From Dehalococcoidia bacterium (lineage in GTDB: Bacteria > Chloroflexota > Dehalococcoidia > SM23-28-2 > RBG-16-64-32), in assembly GCA_034408935.1 (NCBI GenBank), contig DAOUMV010000013.1:50759-114758 (forward strand): a DNA stretch of 64,000 nucleotides. The letters are read 5' to 3'. A program made the position numbers and the translations under genes. The notes beneath the pieces are model-generated. The model was given only the letters and a program-made list of their open reading frames with translations, did not search any database and was not told the DNA's origin. Positions 38,270-47,882 of the stretch are shown here, piece by piece (positions within the stretch are counted from its first letter, which is position 1; the number at the start of each line of letters is the position of its first letter).

Positions 38270-38857
38270 TTACTCACTAGTTCTCGGCTGTTGCCTGGCG
38301 TCACCAGTGACGAGGTACTCGACAACCGCGGCTACTGATTCTTCGAAGTTCTCGCCCATGTCGAAAAAGGCGATTCCCAGGACTCCACAATCCCGCTTGT
38401 ATTCCTCGCTGACTGTGCGTATCGTTCTCACAATCTCCTTGTAGGTCTCCGAGGGCTTCTCGGCCAACCAGTCGCCGTGAGCCTCTGAGTAAGCCCTAAG
38501 CATACGCAGTTTCTGTTGGGGGGGAACGGTCAGTTCGCCCACAAAGCAGGCCCTCACAGCGCCGACGAACTCGTCCCGTGCTTGGGCTGCGTGTCGCGGC
38601 GATATGCCCGCTCCCTCGATGAGCAGCGGCTCATCCCTATCCAGCCGAATTGATATCAGGGCGCGGAGGAAGGGCCAGAGGGTCTCGCACTCCTCTGGGA
38701 TAGTCATCTCAAACCTCATCCCCAGTTGAGGAGCTCCGTCCAGCAACACGTGGATAATGTCGTCCGTGGAGATGACTGAGATGCTCGCGCGTTCGCGAAA
38801 TCGCCGTGCAATAAGAGACTTGCCAACGCGCATTGGGCCGCCGAGAAGGTATATCAT
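38270..38857 (-). CDS. P-loop NTPase/kinase-like protein in low-GC patch
   Basis: Walker A GGPMRVGKS; local GC visibly below background. Confidence 0.55.
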   Translation of the reverse strand: MIYLLGGPMRVGKSLIARRFRERASISVISTDDIIHVLLDGAPQLGMRFEMTIPEECETLWPFLRALISIRLDRDEPLLIEGAGISPRHAAQARDEFVGAVRACFVGELTVPPQQKLRMLRAYSEAHGDWLAEKPSETYKEIVRTIRTVSEEYKRDCGVLGIAFFDMGENFEESVAAVVEYLVTGDARQQPRTSE

Positions 38858-39019
38858 GGGCCGTCACGAATCATGGCTCACCCCACAAGCTCGTTCAAGT
38901 GAATGCCAGCCAGGCAGGTGCTCTGGCTGCTCAACGCTTCCGCCACGGCCGCTGGCCCTGGTATCCTATGCCCCGCTAGTCAGGACTCCGCTGTACTCAA
39001 CTGAAATCGTGCAACGAGG

Positions 39020-39510
39020 GTGACCATGCCAGACATGCTTGTAAGGTTGTACGGCCTACCTGACGCCTCAAACGACTACCGCCGCGTCCAGGAGGCGGGA
39101 GTGCTGATCCGCAGGGCCGATCCCTGGGACCGCGAGCGCTATCGCCGGTTCGCGGAGGAGACGTTCGGGGCACTGTGGGCAGTGGAAGCCGACCTCGCCT
39201 ACCGCCAGTCGCCCATTAGCGCCTTCCTGGCCGAGAGAGAGGAGAAGATCGTGGGGTTCGCGGCCTATGAGTGCACCCGCCGCGGCTTCTTCGGCCCCAC
39301 CGGGGTGCAGCAGAGCGAGCGTCGCCGCGGCATCGGTGCGGCGCTCCTCTTCCGTTGCCTCGAATCGATGAGGGAGATGGGCTACGCCTACGCCGTCATC
39401 GGCGGCGTTGGCCCCGCGGAGTACTACGAGAAGGTCTGCGACGCCTTCGTTATCCCCGGCAGCGACGTGGGCGTGTACGGCTCGCTCCATCGGCTCCTGG
39501 GACAGGGGAG

Positions 39511-39514
<4 letters not shown>
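39020..39514 (+). CDS. GNAT-family N-acetyltransferase
   Basis: Acetyl-CoA binding motif (QSERRRGIGAALL). Confidence 0.8.
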
Positions 39515-40368
<854 letters not shown>

Positions 40369-40423
40369 GCCGCGTCGCAGGAGTGACGTGCGTCGAGTCG
40401 GCGATGCGCGGGCGCAACCAGGC

Positions 40424-41287
40424 CTAACCAGAACGTCGAAATGGCGGCGGGATGTTCACAGGTTGCCCCTCGCCATCCGCATCCGCTTCGGCTTCAGCCT
40501 TCATCTCCACCTGGCGGAACATGGCGTCCACGCTTTCTCCGCCCCAGGGATAGCCACAAACGCCGAAGGAAACCGTGACCGCGGTGCTCAGCCCTCTCTC
40601 TTCCAGCAACGGCTGCGTGGCCAGGCGCTGGCTCAGGCGCTCCACCATCGCGTGCGCCCCCCGCCGGGAGGTGTCCGGCAGGATGATGCCGAACCCGTTG
40701 CCGCTCATCCGGGTGGGCACATCGGCGGCACGAGTGAACTCGAGCAAGAATCTGCCAAAGGCGGCCAAGAGCTGGTCGCCCGCGGCATATCCGTATGTAT
40801 GGTTGACGTGGTCAAGAGATGTGACCTCGACGGTGATCAAAGCGAGGGGACGTTGGAATCCCCTGGCGGTCTGGAGCTCCCGTTCCAGCCTCTCGAACAG
40901 GTAACGACGGTTAAACAGCTGCGTGAGCTCGTCCCGTGCAGCCACGTTCTCCAGCTCCATGTTGTGGACGAGCAGGCGGAGCCGATGTCGCTTCTCCTCC
41001 CTGACGGCCTCTTTTCGGAAGACAGCGGCCACAGCGAACGCAAAGACGACCGCGGCCAGGAACACCACAGTGTCCACGAAGAACATCGTCTCGCCGAGGT
41101 CGTCCAGGCTGATCGCCAGCCAGCCCAGGAGCAGCACGAGTGCGCCCGCGGGCCGCAGCAGCCAGCGAGTCCACAGCGATCCCTTTGGGCTCTCGCTACT
41201 CTTGACCTCTAGGGCCTCGGATGGGCTGAAGTCGTTCGGCTTCGTCATTGCGTTAGACGCGGGATCTGCGGCATGGAATCCCTCCAA
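40424..41287 (-). CDS. Membrane-anchored degenerate GGDEF-domain protein (A-site SGNGF, intact RxxD I-site)
   Basis: Two N-terminal TM helices; GGDEF fold with RAAD...RMSGNGF instead of RxxD...GG(D/E)EF. Confidence 0.75.
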   Translation of the reverse strand: MEGFHAADPASNAMTKPNDFSPSEALEVKSSESPKGSLWTRWLLRPAGALVLLLGWLAISLDDLGETMFFVDTVVFLAAVVFAFAVAAVFRKEAVREEKRHRLRLLVHNMELENVAARDELTQLFNRRYLFERLERELQTARGFQRPLALITVEVTSLDHVNHTYGYAAGDQLLAAFGRFLLEFTRAADVPTRMSGNGFGIILPDTSRRGAHAMVERLSQRLATQPLLEERGLSTAVTVSFGVCGYPWGGESVDAMFRQVEMKAEAEADADGEGQPVNIPPPFRRSG

Positions 41288-41405
41288 AGGCTCAGTGATT
41301 CAGACGCGACCCAGAAACGTGCCGTTACACGAGTCCTAGTTCAACCGTAGCGGCAGTCAGCCGCTGTTGAAGGGCCCCACCGGCGGGTATACAATTCACG
41401 ATGGC

Positions 41406-41480
41406 GGGCCCGTAGCTCAAGGGCAGAGCGACCGGCTCATAACCGGTTGGTTGGAGGTTCGAATCCTCCCGGGCCCACCA
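41406..41480 (+). tRNA. tRNA-Met (anticodon CAU; elongator or Ile2-type)
   Basis: GGGCCCGUAGCUCAAGGGCAGAGC..., anticodon loop CUCAUAA, T-loop GGTTCGAATCC, CCA encoded. Confidence 0.8.
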
Positions 41481-41594
41481 TTCTCGTGACATCATGTGAC
41501 GGCGCGAGCGCATCAGGATTTTCGAGCAGCTTGTGATCGAGCCGCATGCGCCAACCCGATTGACGGCCTCGGCCGACGGCGTAGGCGCCAACTG

Positions 41595-42701
41595 ATGGCT
41601 GAAGGACCACCAAAGCCAAGGCTGCTCTCCGATCCTTCAGCGGCGGACGGCCGCTGGTTCACCGAGGTGCTTCAGTACGCCGGTGTGCTGGATGACGCAG
41701 TGGTGACGCGGGTCGAGCGCCAGCGGATCGGCACGGGGTTGGTCGGGCAGAACGTCGCGTTCTCGCTCACCTACGACAGACCCGCGCCGGATGCCCCTGC
41801 GAGTGTGGTGGGCAAGTTCCCTTCGCCGGAGCCGCAGAGCCGAGCGACCGCGAAGGCGTTGCGCCTGTTCGAACGCGAAGTTGGCTTTTACCGAGAGATC
41901 GCCGAGACGGTGGATATCCGAGTCCCTACCTGCTACCTCGCCGACATCGATCTGGATACGCACGACTTCGTCTTGCTTCTCGAGGACCTTCGCCCCGCAG
42001 TACAGGGTGACCAGCTCGCTGGATGTACCATCGACCAGGCGATGCTGGCGATGGATGAGCTTGCAGGTCTACACGCGCCCCGTTGGGGCGACCCGATGCT
42101 GGCGAAGATTGAGTGGCTGGGCCAGTATGACGACGCACAATCGCACGAGACGATCCAAAGCATGTACCAGGCCCTATGGCCGGGCTTCGCCGCGAAGTAC
42201 GACTCCTCACTCACCCCCGATGCGCTGGCGCTCGGCGACGCGTTTGGCGCCTCGCTCAGCGATTGGCGGCGGTCATGGACACCGCCCTGCTGTGTCACGC
42301 ATGGGGACTACCGTTTGGACAACATGATGTTCGGCACTGAGGAGGGCGGCTACCCGCTAACAACAGTCGACTGGCAAACCGTCGGCCACGGGCCGGGAAT
42401 CTTGGATGCAGCATACTTCATCGGCAACGGACTCCGCGTGCCCGACCGCCGCGCACATGAGATGGACTTGCTGAAACGGTATCACGATGGCCTGAGCGCT
42501 CGGGGCGTAGACGGCTACGAATGGAACCAGTGCCTCGCGGACTACAGGCGTGCGACGCTGTCAGGCGTCCTCATGACGGTCGTCGCCTCGCAGGTCGTCG
42601 CGTCCGACGATCGCGGGGACGCGATGTTTGCGGCCATGGCGGAGCGCCACTTCGCGCACGCCGCCGATCATCATGCCGGTGACACCCTGACCCGCCCGTA
42701 G
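41595..42701 (+). CDS. Phosphotransferase-family (APH/ecdysteroid-kinase-like) protein
   Basis: Brenner motif HGDYRLDN and DWQ motif. Confidence 0.7.
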   Translation: MAEGPPKPRLLSDPSAADGRWFTEVLQYAGVLDDAVVTRVERQRIGTGLVGQNVAFSLTYDRPAPDAPASVVGKFPSPEPQSRATAKALRLFEREVGFYREIAETVDIRVPTCYLADIDLDTHDFVLLLEDLRPAVQGDQLAGCTIDQAMLAMDELAGLHAPRWGDPMLAKIEWLGQYDDAQSHETIQSMYQALWPGFAAKYDSSLTPDALALGDAFGASLSDWRRSWTPPCCVTHGDYRLDNMMFGTEEGGYPLTTVDWQTVGHGPGILDAAYFIGNGLRVPDRRAHEMDLLKRYHDGLSARGVDGYEWNQCLADYRRATLSGVLMTVVASQVVASDDRGDAMFAAMAERHFAHAADHHAGDTLTRP

Positions 42702-42770
42702 GGGCACGCCGCGCCACGGGGCACTAGCCGGGCCGCTCGCCACCGTTTCGTGGTAATATCATCCTGAACC

Positions 42771-43343
42771 ATGGTTGCGGACGAATGGTTAGAACGCACC
42801 CGCCAGGCCCTGGCGGAGTACATTCCTCATCGCTTGGACCACGCTGGCGCGACGCCTGCCGCCATCCTGATCCTGGTCTACGATTTGGACAGCGAGGCGC
42901 ACATCCTATTCACCGAGCGCACCCACCAGGTTGAGCACCACAAGGGCCAGATATCCTTCCCCGGCGGCGCCTGCGATGAATCTGACGACTGCACGGAGAC
43001 CACAGCCCTGCGCGAGACCGCCGAGGAGATCGGCGTGCAGCCCGAGGACGTGGAGATCATCGGCCAACTGGACGACATGATGACCATCAGCAACTTCCTC
43101 GTCACCCCCTACGTGGGTATCCTCAAGATGAACTCCGAGTGCCCCTTCGTCATCAACCACCACGAGGTGGTCGAGGTGGTCCAGGTGCCTCTTTCCCACC
43201 TGCTGGACGACCGCAACATGGAGCTCGAGGTGCGCCAGCATAAGGGTAAGCAGGTGCTCGTCCCCGCCTACACCTACGAGGGCCATCGCATTTGGGGGGC
43301 CACGGCCCGCATGCTGCACCAGCTCCTGGAACTGCTCGCCTGA
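42771..43343 (+). CDS. NUDIX hydrolase (CoA pyrophosphatase-like)
   Basis: Nudix box GGxxxxxExxxxxALRETAEEIG. Confidence 0.82.
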   Translation: MVADEWLERTRQALAEYIPHRLDHAGATPAAILILVYDLDSEAHILFTERTHQVEHHKGQISFPGGACDESDDCTETTALRETAEEIGVQPEDVEIIGQLDDMMTISNFLVTPYVGILKMNSECPFVINHHEVVEVVQVPLSHLLDDRNMELEVRQHKGKQVLVPAYTYEGHRIWGATARMLHQLLELLA

Positions 43344-43420
43344 CGGTGACCACCGGAGAAGGCGTTTCCCGCCCCAACCTCCAGCAGGGTCTCTTCCCAT
43401 AGCCCAGCGCTGGGGTCAAC

Positions 43421-44050
43421 ATGCGCCTCCTGCTGATCCGCCACGCGGAGTCCACAGGGAACCGCCAGCGGCGGCTCCAGGGCCGCACCGACTTCCCCCT
43501 GACGAAGCACGGCCGACGCCAGGCCGAAGAGTTGGCGGCGGCCCTCGCGCGGCTGCCTGTGACCGGTGTGTGCAGCAGCCCAATCAGACGGGCTCTGCAA
43601 ACGGCGGAGGCCATCGCCGGCCCTCAGGGGCTGAGGGTAGAGGTTCAGCCGGCGCTCCAGGAATACGACTTCGGGGAGCTGTCCGGCCTGACCTGGCCCG
43701 AGATCCGAGAGCGACGCCCTCAGCTTATCGAGCAACTGCTGAGCGATAGCGCGGACTTCCCTCACTACCCGGGGGAGGAGGGACGAGAAGCGTTCCGGGA
43801 ACGGGTATGCGGAGCGCTATGGGCGATCGCCGACAGGTTCGTGGGGGAGCAGTCCGTGGCCGTCGTGACCCACGCGGGGCCCATCGCCGTGTTCCTGCTG
43901 GACGTTCTCCAGCGCGGCTATCAGCGGCCGATCCCCTTCACGCTGGACAACGCCTCCGTGACCACGGTGGAGATCGCTGAGCCCCAGCCGTTCCGGCCAC
44001 GGGCCGTGCTGGTGGGGCTGAACGATACGTGCCACCTCACGGAAGGCTAG
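43421..44050 (+). CDS. Histidine phosphatase (phosphoglycerate mutase family)
   Basis: RHG catalytic motif LIRHAESTGN. Confidence 0.82.
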   Translation: MRLLLIRHAESTGNRQRRLQGRTDFPLTKHGRRQAEELAAALARLPVTGVCSSPIRRALQTAEAIAGPQGLRVEVQPALQEYDFGELSGLTWPEIRERRPQLIEQLLSDSADFPHYPGEEGREAFRERVCGALWAIADRFVGEQSVAVVTHAGPIAVFLLDVLQRGYQRPIPFTLDNASVTTVEIAEPQPFRPRAVLVGLNDTCHLTEG

Positions 44051-44444
44051 CCTACGCCGCGGCAGATACGGCTGTTTGGTCGGTTTAGGGCGGGCGGCAG
44101 GAGCGAAGGGAAACGGAGGAACTAGGCGGTCATCAAGCCTTGGCATCGCCGGCGGGCGGACCGCAGAGGCGTGGCGGTCTGCAGAGGGGCTCCGACATCC
44201 GAAAGGATACTCAAGGGAGAATCGAGTGGTTATGCGCCAACGTGGTCGCGCTGCCTCTGCGGCCGGCTCGCAAGTGATGAATCGTTCCTGGGACGAGATT
44301 GCGTATCGCTCCTTCGCTCCCTCGACCCATCCTCATGTTACGGGACGCACCTCCTTTCAGTTCAGATCGCTGTCGCCAGCCAGCTCTCGAGCAGGACCTC
44401 CCGGCTCGGATTCCACTATGTAGTTGCCTCTGCGGCGCCCTTCG

Positions 44445-45881
44445 TCACTCATCCCGCACTACCTCCTCCGCGGGCTTGACGCGGCCCGCGTACCAGGCCG
44501 GGACTATGCTCGCCAGAACCGCCAGTCCAACGGCGATAGCGAAGGCGTAGAGGAACACTTCCGGCGAGACGACGACGTCGACGTCCCCCAGGAAGCTACC
44601 GGCTCCCTGGAGTTGCGCCGCCGCTTGCTGCCCAGCGCCAGGGCCCGCTGGCGCCGCAGAATCCGAGACCAGCGCATTGGCAACGGTCTGCGCGAGAGGG
44701 AACGTGGCGAGGGCGCCGAGCAGCGCTGCTGCCACGCTCACCACCGCCGTTTCGATGGCGAACTGGGCGGTGACGTGCCAGTTGGAGGCGCCGCTAGCCT
44801 TAAGGATGCCGATCTCCTTGACGCGTCGTCGGGCCACCAGCCCGACCGAGACCAGGATCACGACAGCGCACGCCACGAGGCCAGCGATCATGCCGATCTG
44901 GCTGCTGTCTTCGGCATCGGCGATGGGGGCACTGATGCTCTCGAACCGGCTGGCTTCGTTTGTGACGTCTACAGTGTCCTCTCCCAGCGTGTTGCGGATA
45001 GTGTCGGCGACCGCCTCGGCATGATCGACGGTATCAACCTTCACGCTAGCGGCGCTGATCTCGCCTTCGCTGTCGAACAGGCTCTGCAGCGCCTTGAGGG
45101 GAATGAAGATGCTGTTGTCGCCGAACTGCGTGTCGGAGGAGTAGATACCGATGACCTTGATGCTCTCGCCCTGCAGTTCGAAGGTATCGCCCAACAGCAG
45201 ATCGTTCGTCTCCGCGAGGTCGGCGCCCAAGACGGCGACGTTCGCGTCGGTTTCGTCCTCCGCGAAAGTGCGTCCGGAGGTGATTTCTGCATCCTGGACG
45301 CCGGTCACCGAAAGAGAGTTGGGGTCATCTATGCCGGTGACCATAACTGAGGCGCGGAGCCCGCCAGGGGAGGCGCCGCTCGGAGCACCCTCGGGAGGCA
45401 TGGGGAGATTTCCGTCCTCAGGCATGTTTTCACCGGTAAACGGGTTTTCGCCCTCAGGCAGGTTTTCGCCGTTGAACGGAAGGTCGCCCTCAGGCGGGTT
45501 CCCCGCCGGGGGAGTGCCGCCCGCGAAGCGGTCTTCCAGATCGTCCGGGTTGATGGCCGACTCGAGTTCTTCGCCGGTGTATTGCATCGATAGTGTTGCC
45601 TGCACGCTTTCGACGTGCTCGAGCGAGGCGAGGTTCTCGATCTCTTCTTCGGAGAGAAGGTCGCCGTCGCCGCCGGCGAAGCCGCGGGAGCTGCCTGCGG
45701 GGCTGATGGCAATGTTCGTGCCCACCCCGGCTCTGATCTCGTCCAGCCGCTCTCCGAACGCTTGGTTCACAGTGATCATGATCAGGGTCAACCCCATGCT
45801 GACCGCGAGCACGGCAACGAGCAGGCCCGTGCGCAGCGGATTGCGGACGATCGTCCGGAGCGCCCGTCTGATAGTCCTCAT
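44445..45881 (-). CDS. ABC transporter permease (FtsX/MacB-type) with repeat-rich periplasmic insert
   Basis: N-terminal TM + large periplasmic domain + 3 C-terminal TM (FtsX fold); G-E-N-x-P-E-G tandem peptide repeats. Confidence 0.8.
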   Translation of the reverse strand: MRTIRRALRTIVRNPLRTGLLVAVLAVSMGLTLIMITVNQAFGERLDEIRAGVGTNIAISPAGSSRGFAGGDGDLLSEEEIENLASLEHVESVQATLSMQYTGEELESAINPDDLEDRFAGGTPPAGNPPEGDLPFNGENLPEGENPFTGENMPEDGNLPMPPEGAPSGASPGGLRASVMVTGIDDPNSLSVTGVQDAEITSGRTFAEDETDANVAVLGADLAETNDLLLGDTFELQGESIKVIGIYSSDTQFGDNSIFIPLKALQSLFDSEGEISAASVKVDTVDHAEAVADTIRNTLGEDTVDVTNEASRFESISAPIADAEDSSQIGMIAGLVACAVVILVSVGLVARRRVKEIGILKASGASNWHVTAQFAIETAVVSVAAALLGALATFPLAQTVANALVSDSAAPAGPGAGQQAAAQLQGAGSFLGDVDVVVSPEVFLYAFAIAVGLAVLASIVPAWYAGRVKPAEEVVRDE

Positions 45882-45909
45882 ACACTACCCCCTGTGAATC
45901 CTCATCGGG

Positions 45910-47157
45910 TCATTCCGCCCGCAGAGCCTCGATGGGGTCGAGGCGGGATGCTCGGAACGCGGGATAGATGCCAAAGAAGAGCCCGATCATGGCCGAGACG
46001 CCGACCGCGGCGGCGATGCTCCAGAGAGTAACCGTCGTCGTTACGGATGATCCGGTGCCGAAGTCCTGGCCGTCGGCGGCCTTCGCGATGAGCACGCCCG
46101 TGAGCACGCCGATCGCTCCACTGACGAGGGTAACGATGATCGCCTCGATGATGAACTGGAGAAGGATGTCGCCCCTGCTGGCGCCGACTGCTTTCCGGAT
46201 GCCTATCTCGCGCGTTCGTTCCGTCACCGATACCAGCATGATGTTCATGATCCCTATTCCGCCGACCACCAGCGAGATGCCGGCGATGGCACCGAGCAGG
46301 ATCGTCAGCGTACGGCTCACTTCTTTGGCTGTGGAGAGGAGATCGTCCTGGGTCTGGACCGTGAAGTCCTCGACGTAGTCGTGACGCTCAAGCAGAAGCT
46401 GTAGGACGTCGTCCTTCGTCTCGTCAACTTGATTGCCCTCAGTTACCTTGACGACGATCTGCTGAACGTTGGACTCGCCGCTTGGGTTGCGTCCGAACGG
46501 CACCCTGGTCTGGAAGGTGGTGAGCGGTATGATGATCTGGGTGTCCTCGTCGCCGCTTCCCCCCGCGCCCCTCGCCTCCATCACGCCTATCACGGTGAGA
46601 TTCAAAGAGAACGGTCCGAAGCTTTCACGTACCTCCTGGCCTATCGCATTCTCCGGTGTGTCGAAGAGCTCTTCGGCGACCGTCGCGCCGAGGACGACGT
46701 TGGTGGTCTTTCGACGCGCGTCCTCATCGTTGATGAACCTGCCGGTCGCGACCTGCCAGCTTCTCACGTACTCGAAGTCCGGCTCGGTGGCGGTTATCGC
46801 CCCTGAGGTACTGAGCCCGTTGCCGGTGATATCGTTCTCCAGATCAAGGTCGTACTGGGAGACCACCGCCTCTACAGACGAGATATCTTTGATCGCGTCG
46901 GCGTCGTCGGTGGTGAGCGTGACCGCACCGACGCCGGTCCGGTCGGCCTGCTCAGTCTCCCCCGCCTCGACAAAGACCAGGTTGCTGCCGAGTCCCCGGA
47001 CCTCCTTGGTCACGCCCTTTTGAGCACCCTGGCCGACGGCTATGAGGGCGATCACCGCTCCCACACCGATAACGATGCCCAGCATGGTGAGGCCGGTACG
47101 GAGCTTGTTCGAGGTGAGCTCCATGAGGGCCGTCCGGATCGTGTCTATGATGATCAT
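45910..47157 (-). CDS. ABC transporter permease (FtsX/MacB-type)
   Basis: Same architecture as neighbour. Confidence 0.82.
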   Translation of the reverse strand: MIIIDTIRTALMELTSNKLRTGLTMLGIVIGVGAVIALIAVGQGAQKGVTKEVRGLGSNLVFVEAGETEQADRTGVGAVTLTTDDADAIKDISSVEAVVSQYDLDLENDITGNGLSTSGAITATEPDFEYVRSWQVATGRFINDEDARRKTTNVVLGATVAEELFDTPENAIGQEVRESFGPFSLNLTVIGVMEARGAGGSGDEDTQIIIPLTTFQTRVPFGRNPSGESNVQQIVVKVTEGNQVDETKDDVLQLLLERHDYVEDFTVQTQDDLLSTAKEVSRTLTILLGAIAGISLVVGGIGIMNIMLVSVTERTREIGIRKAVGASRGDILLQFIIEAIIVTLVSGAIGVLTGVLIAKAADGQDFGTGSSVTTTVTLWSIAAAVGVSAMIGLFFGIYPAFRASRLDPIEALRAE

Positions 47158-47882
47158 TCCGGCTCCCCCTTATGGCCGTCGGGAGGCAGTGCCGCCAGGA
47201 CACGATTGCCCTCCGGCGGCGCGTCCGAGACGATGCGACCGTCGCGGAGTTGGATGACACGGCGCGTATAGGCCGCAAGGTCCATCTCGTGAGTAACGAG
47301 GGCGATTGTGATGCCGCGTTCGCTGTTGAGACGCTCGAACATCTTCATCAAGTCCAGCGAGGTCTTGGTATCGAGGGCGCCCGTCGGCTCATCGGCGAGG
47401 ATCAACGCGGGATTCGCCACCAGCGCGCGAGCGATGGCGACGCGTTGCTGCTCGCCGCCCGATAGCTGCGTCGGCCGGTGGTGGGCGCGCTCTCGCAGGC
47501 CGACCTCCGCCAGGGCACGCATCGCCCGTCTGTGGCGGTGGTTCGCGCCCCGGTAGATGAGTGGCAGCTCGACTTGGGCGATCGCGGGCAGGCGCGAGAG
47601 GAGATTGAATGACTGGAAGACGAAGCCGATGCGCCGACCGCGGATCCTGGCGAGCTGGGCCTCGCTCATGCGGCGCACGTCGCGCCCCTCCAGTTCGTAG
47701 ATGCCGCGCGTGGGCCTGTCGAGACAGCCGAGGATATGCATAAGGGTCGACTTACCAGACCCGGAGGGCCCCACGATGGCCAGGAACTCGCCGCGTTCGA
47801 TGTCGAGGTCGATGCCCCGCAGCGCGGGCACGGGCACGTCGCCGGCGCGATAGATCTTGGTGATGCCGCGCAGGCGTATCAC
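47154..47882 (-). CDS. ABC transporter ATP-binding protein (MacB/LolD type)
   Basis: Walker [10 protein letters not shown], signature [15 protein letters not shown], Walker [12 protein letters not shown]. Confidence 0.9.
   Translation of the reverse strand: MIRLRGITKIYRAGDVPVPALRGIDLDIERGEFLAIVGPSGSGKSTLMHILGCLDRPTRGIYELEGRDVRRMSEAQLARIRGRRIGFVFQSFNLLSRLPAIAQVELPLIYRGANHRHRRAMRALAEVGLRERAHHRPTQLSGGEQQRVAIARALVANPALILADEPTGALDTKTSLDLMKMFERLNSERGITIALVTHEMDLAAYTRRVIQLRDGRIVSDAPPEGNRVLAALPPDGHKGEPE

Noticed and set aside
39271-39510. N-terminal 80-codon extension of the alpha/beta hydrolase ORF overlapping the GNAT gene
   Set aside because: The extension is Arg/Pro-rich and out of character. 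The internal ATG at 39511 overlaps the GNAT stop (ATGA) and yields a standard hydrolase N-terminus.
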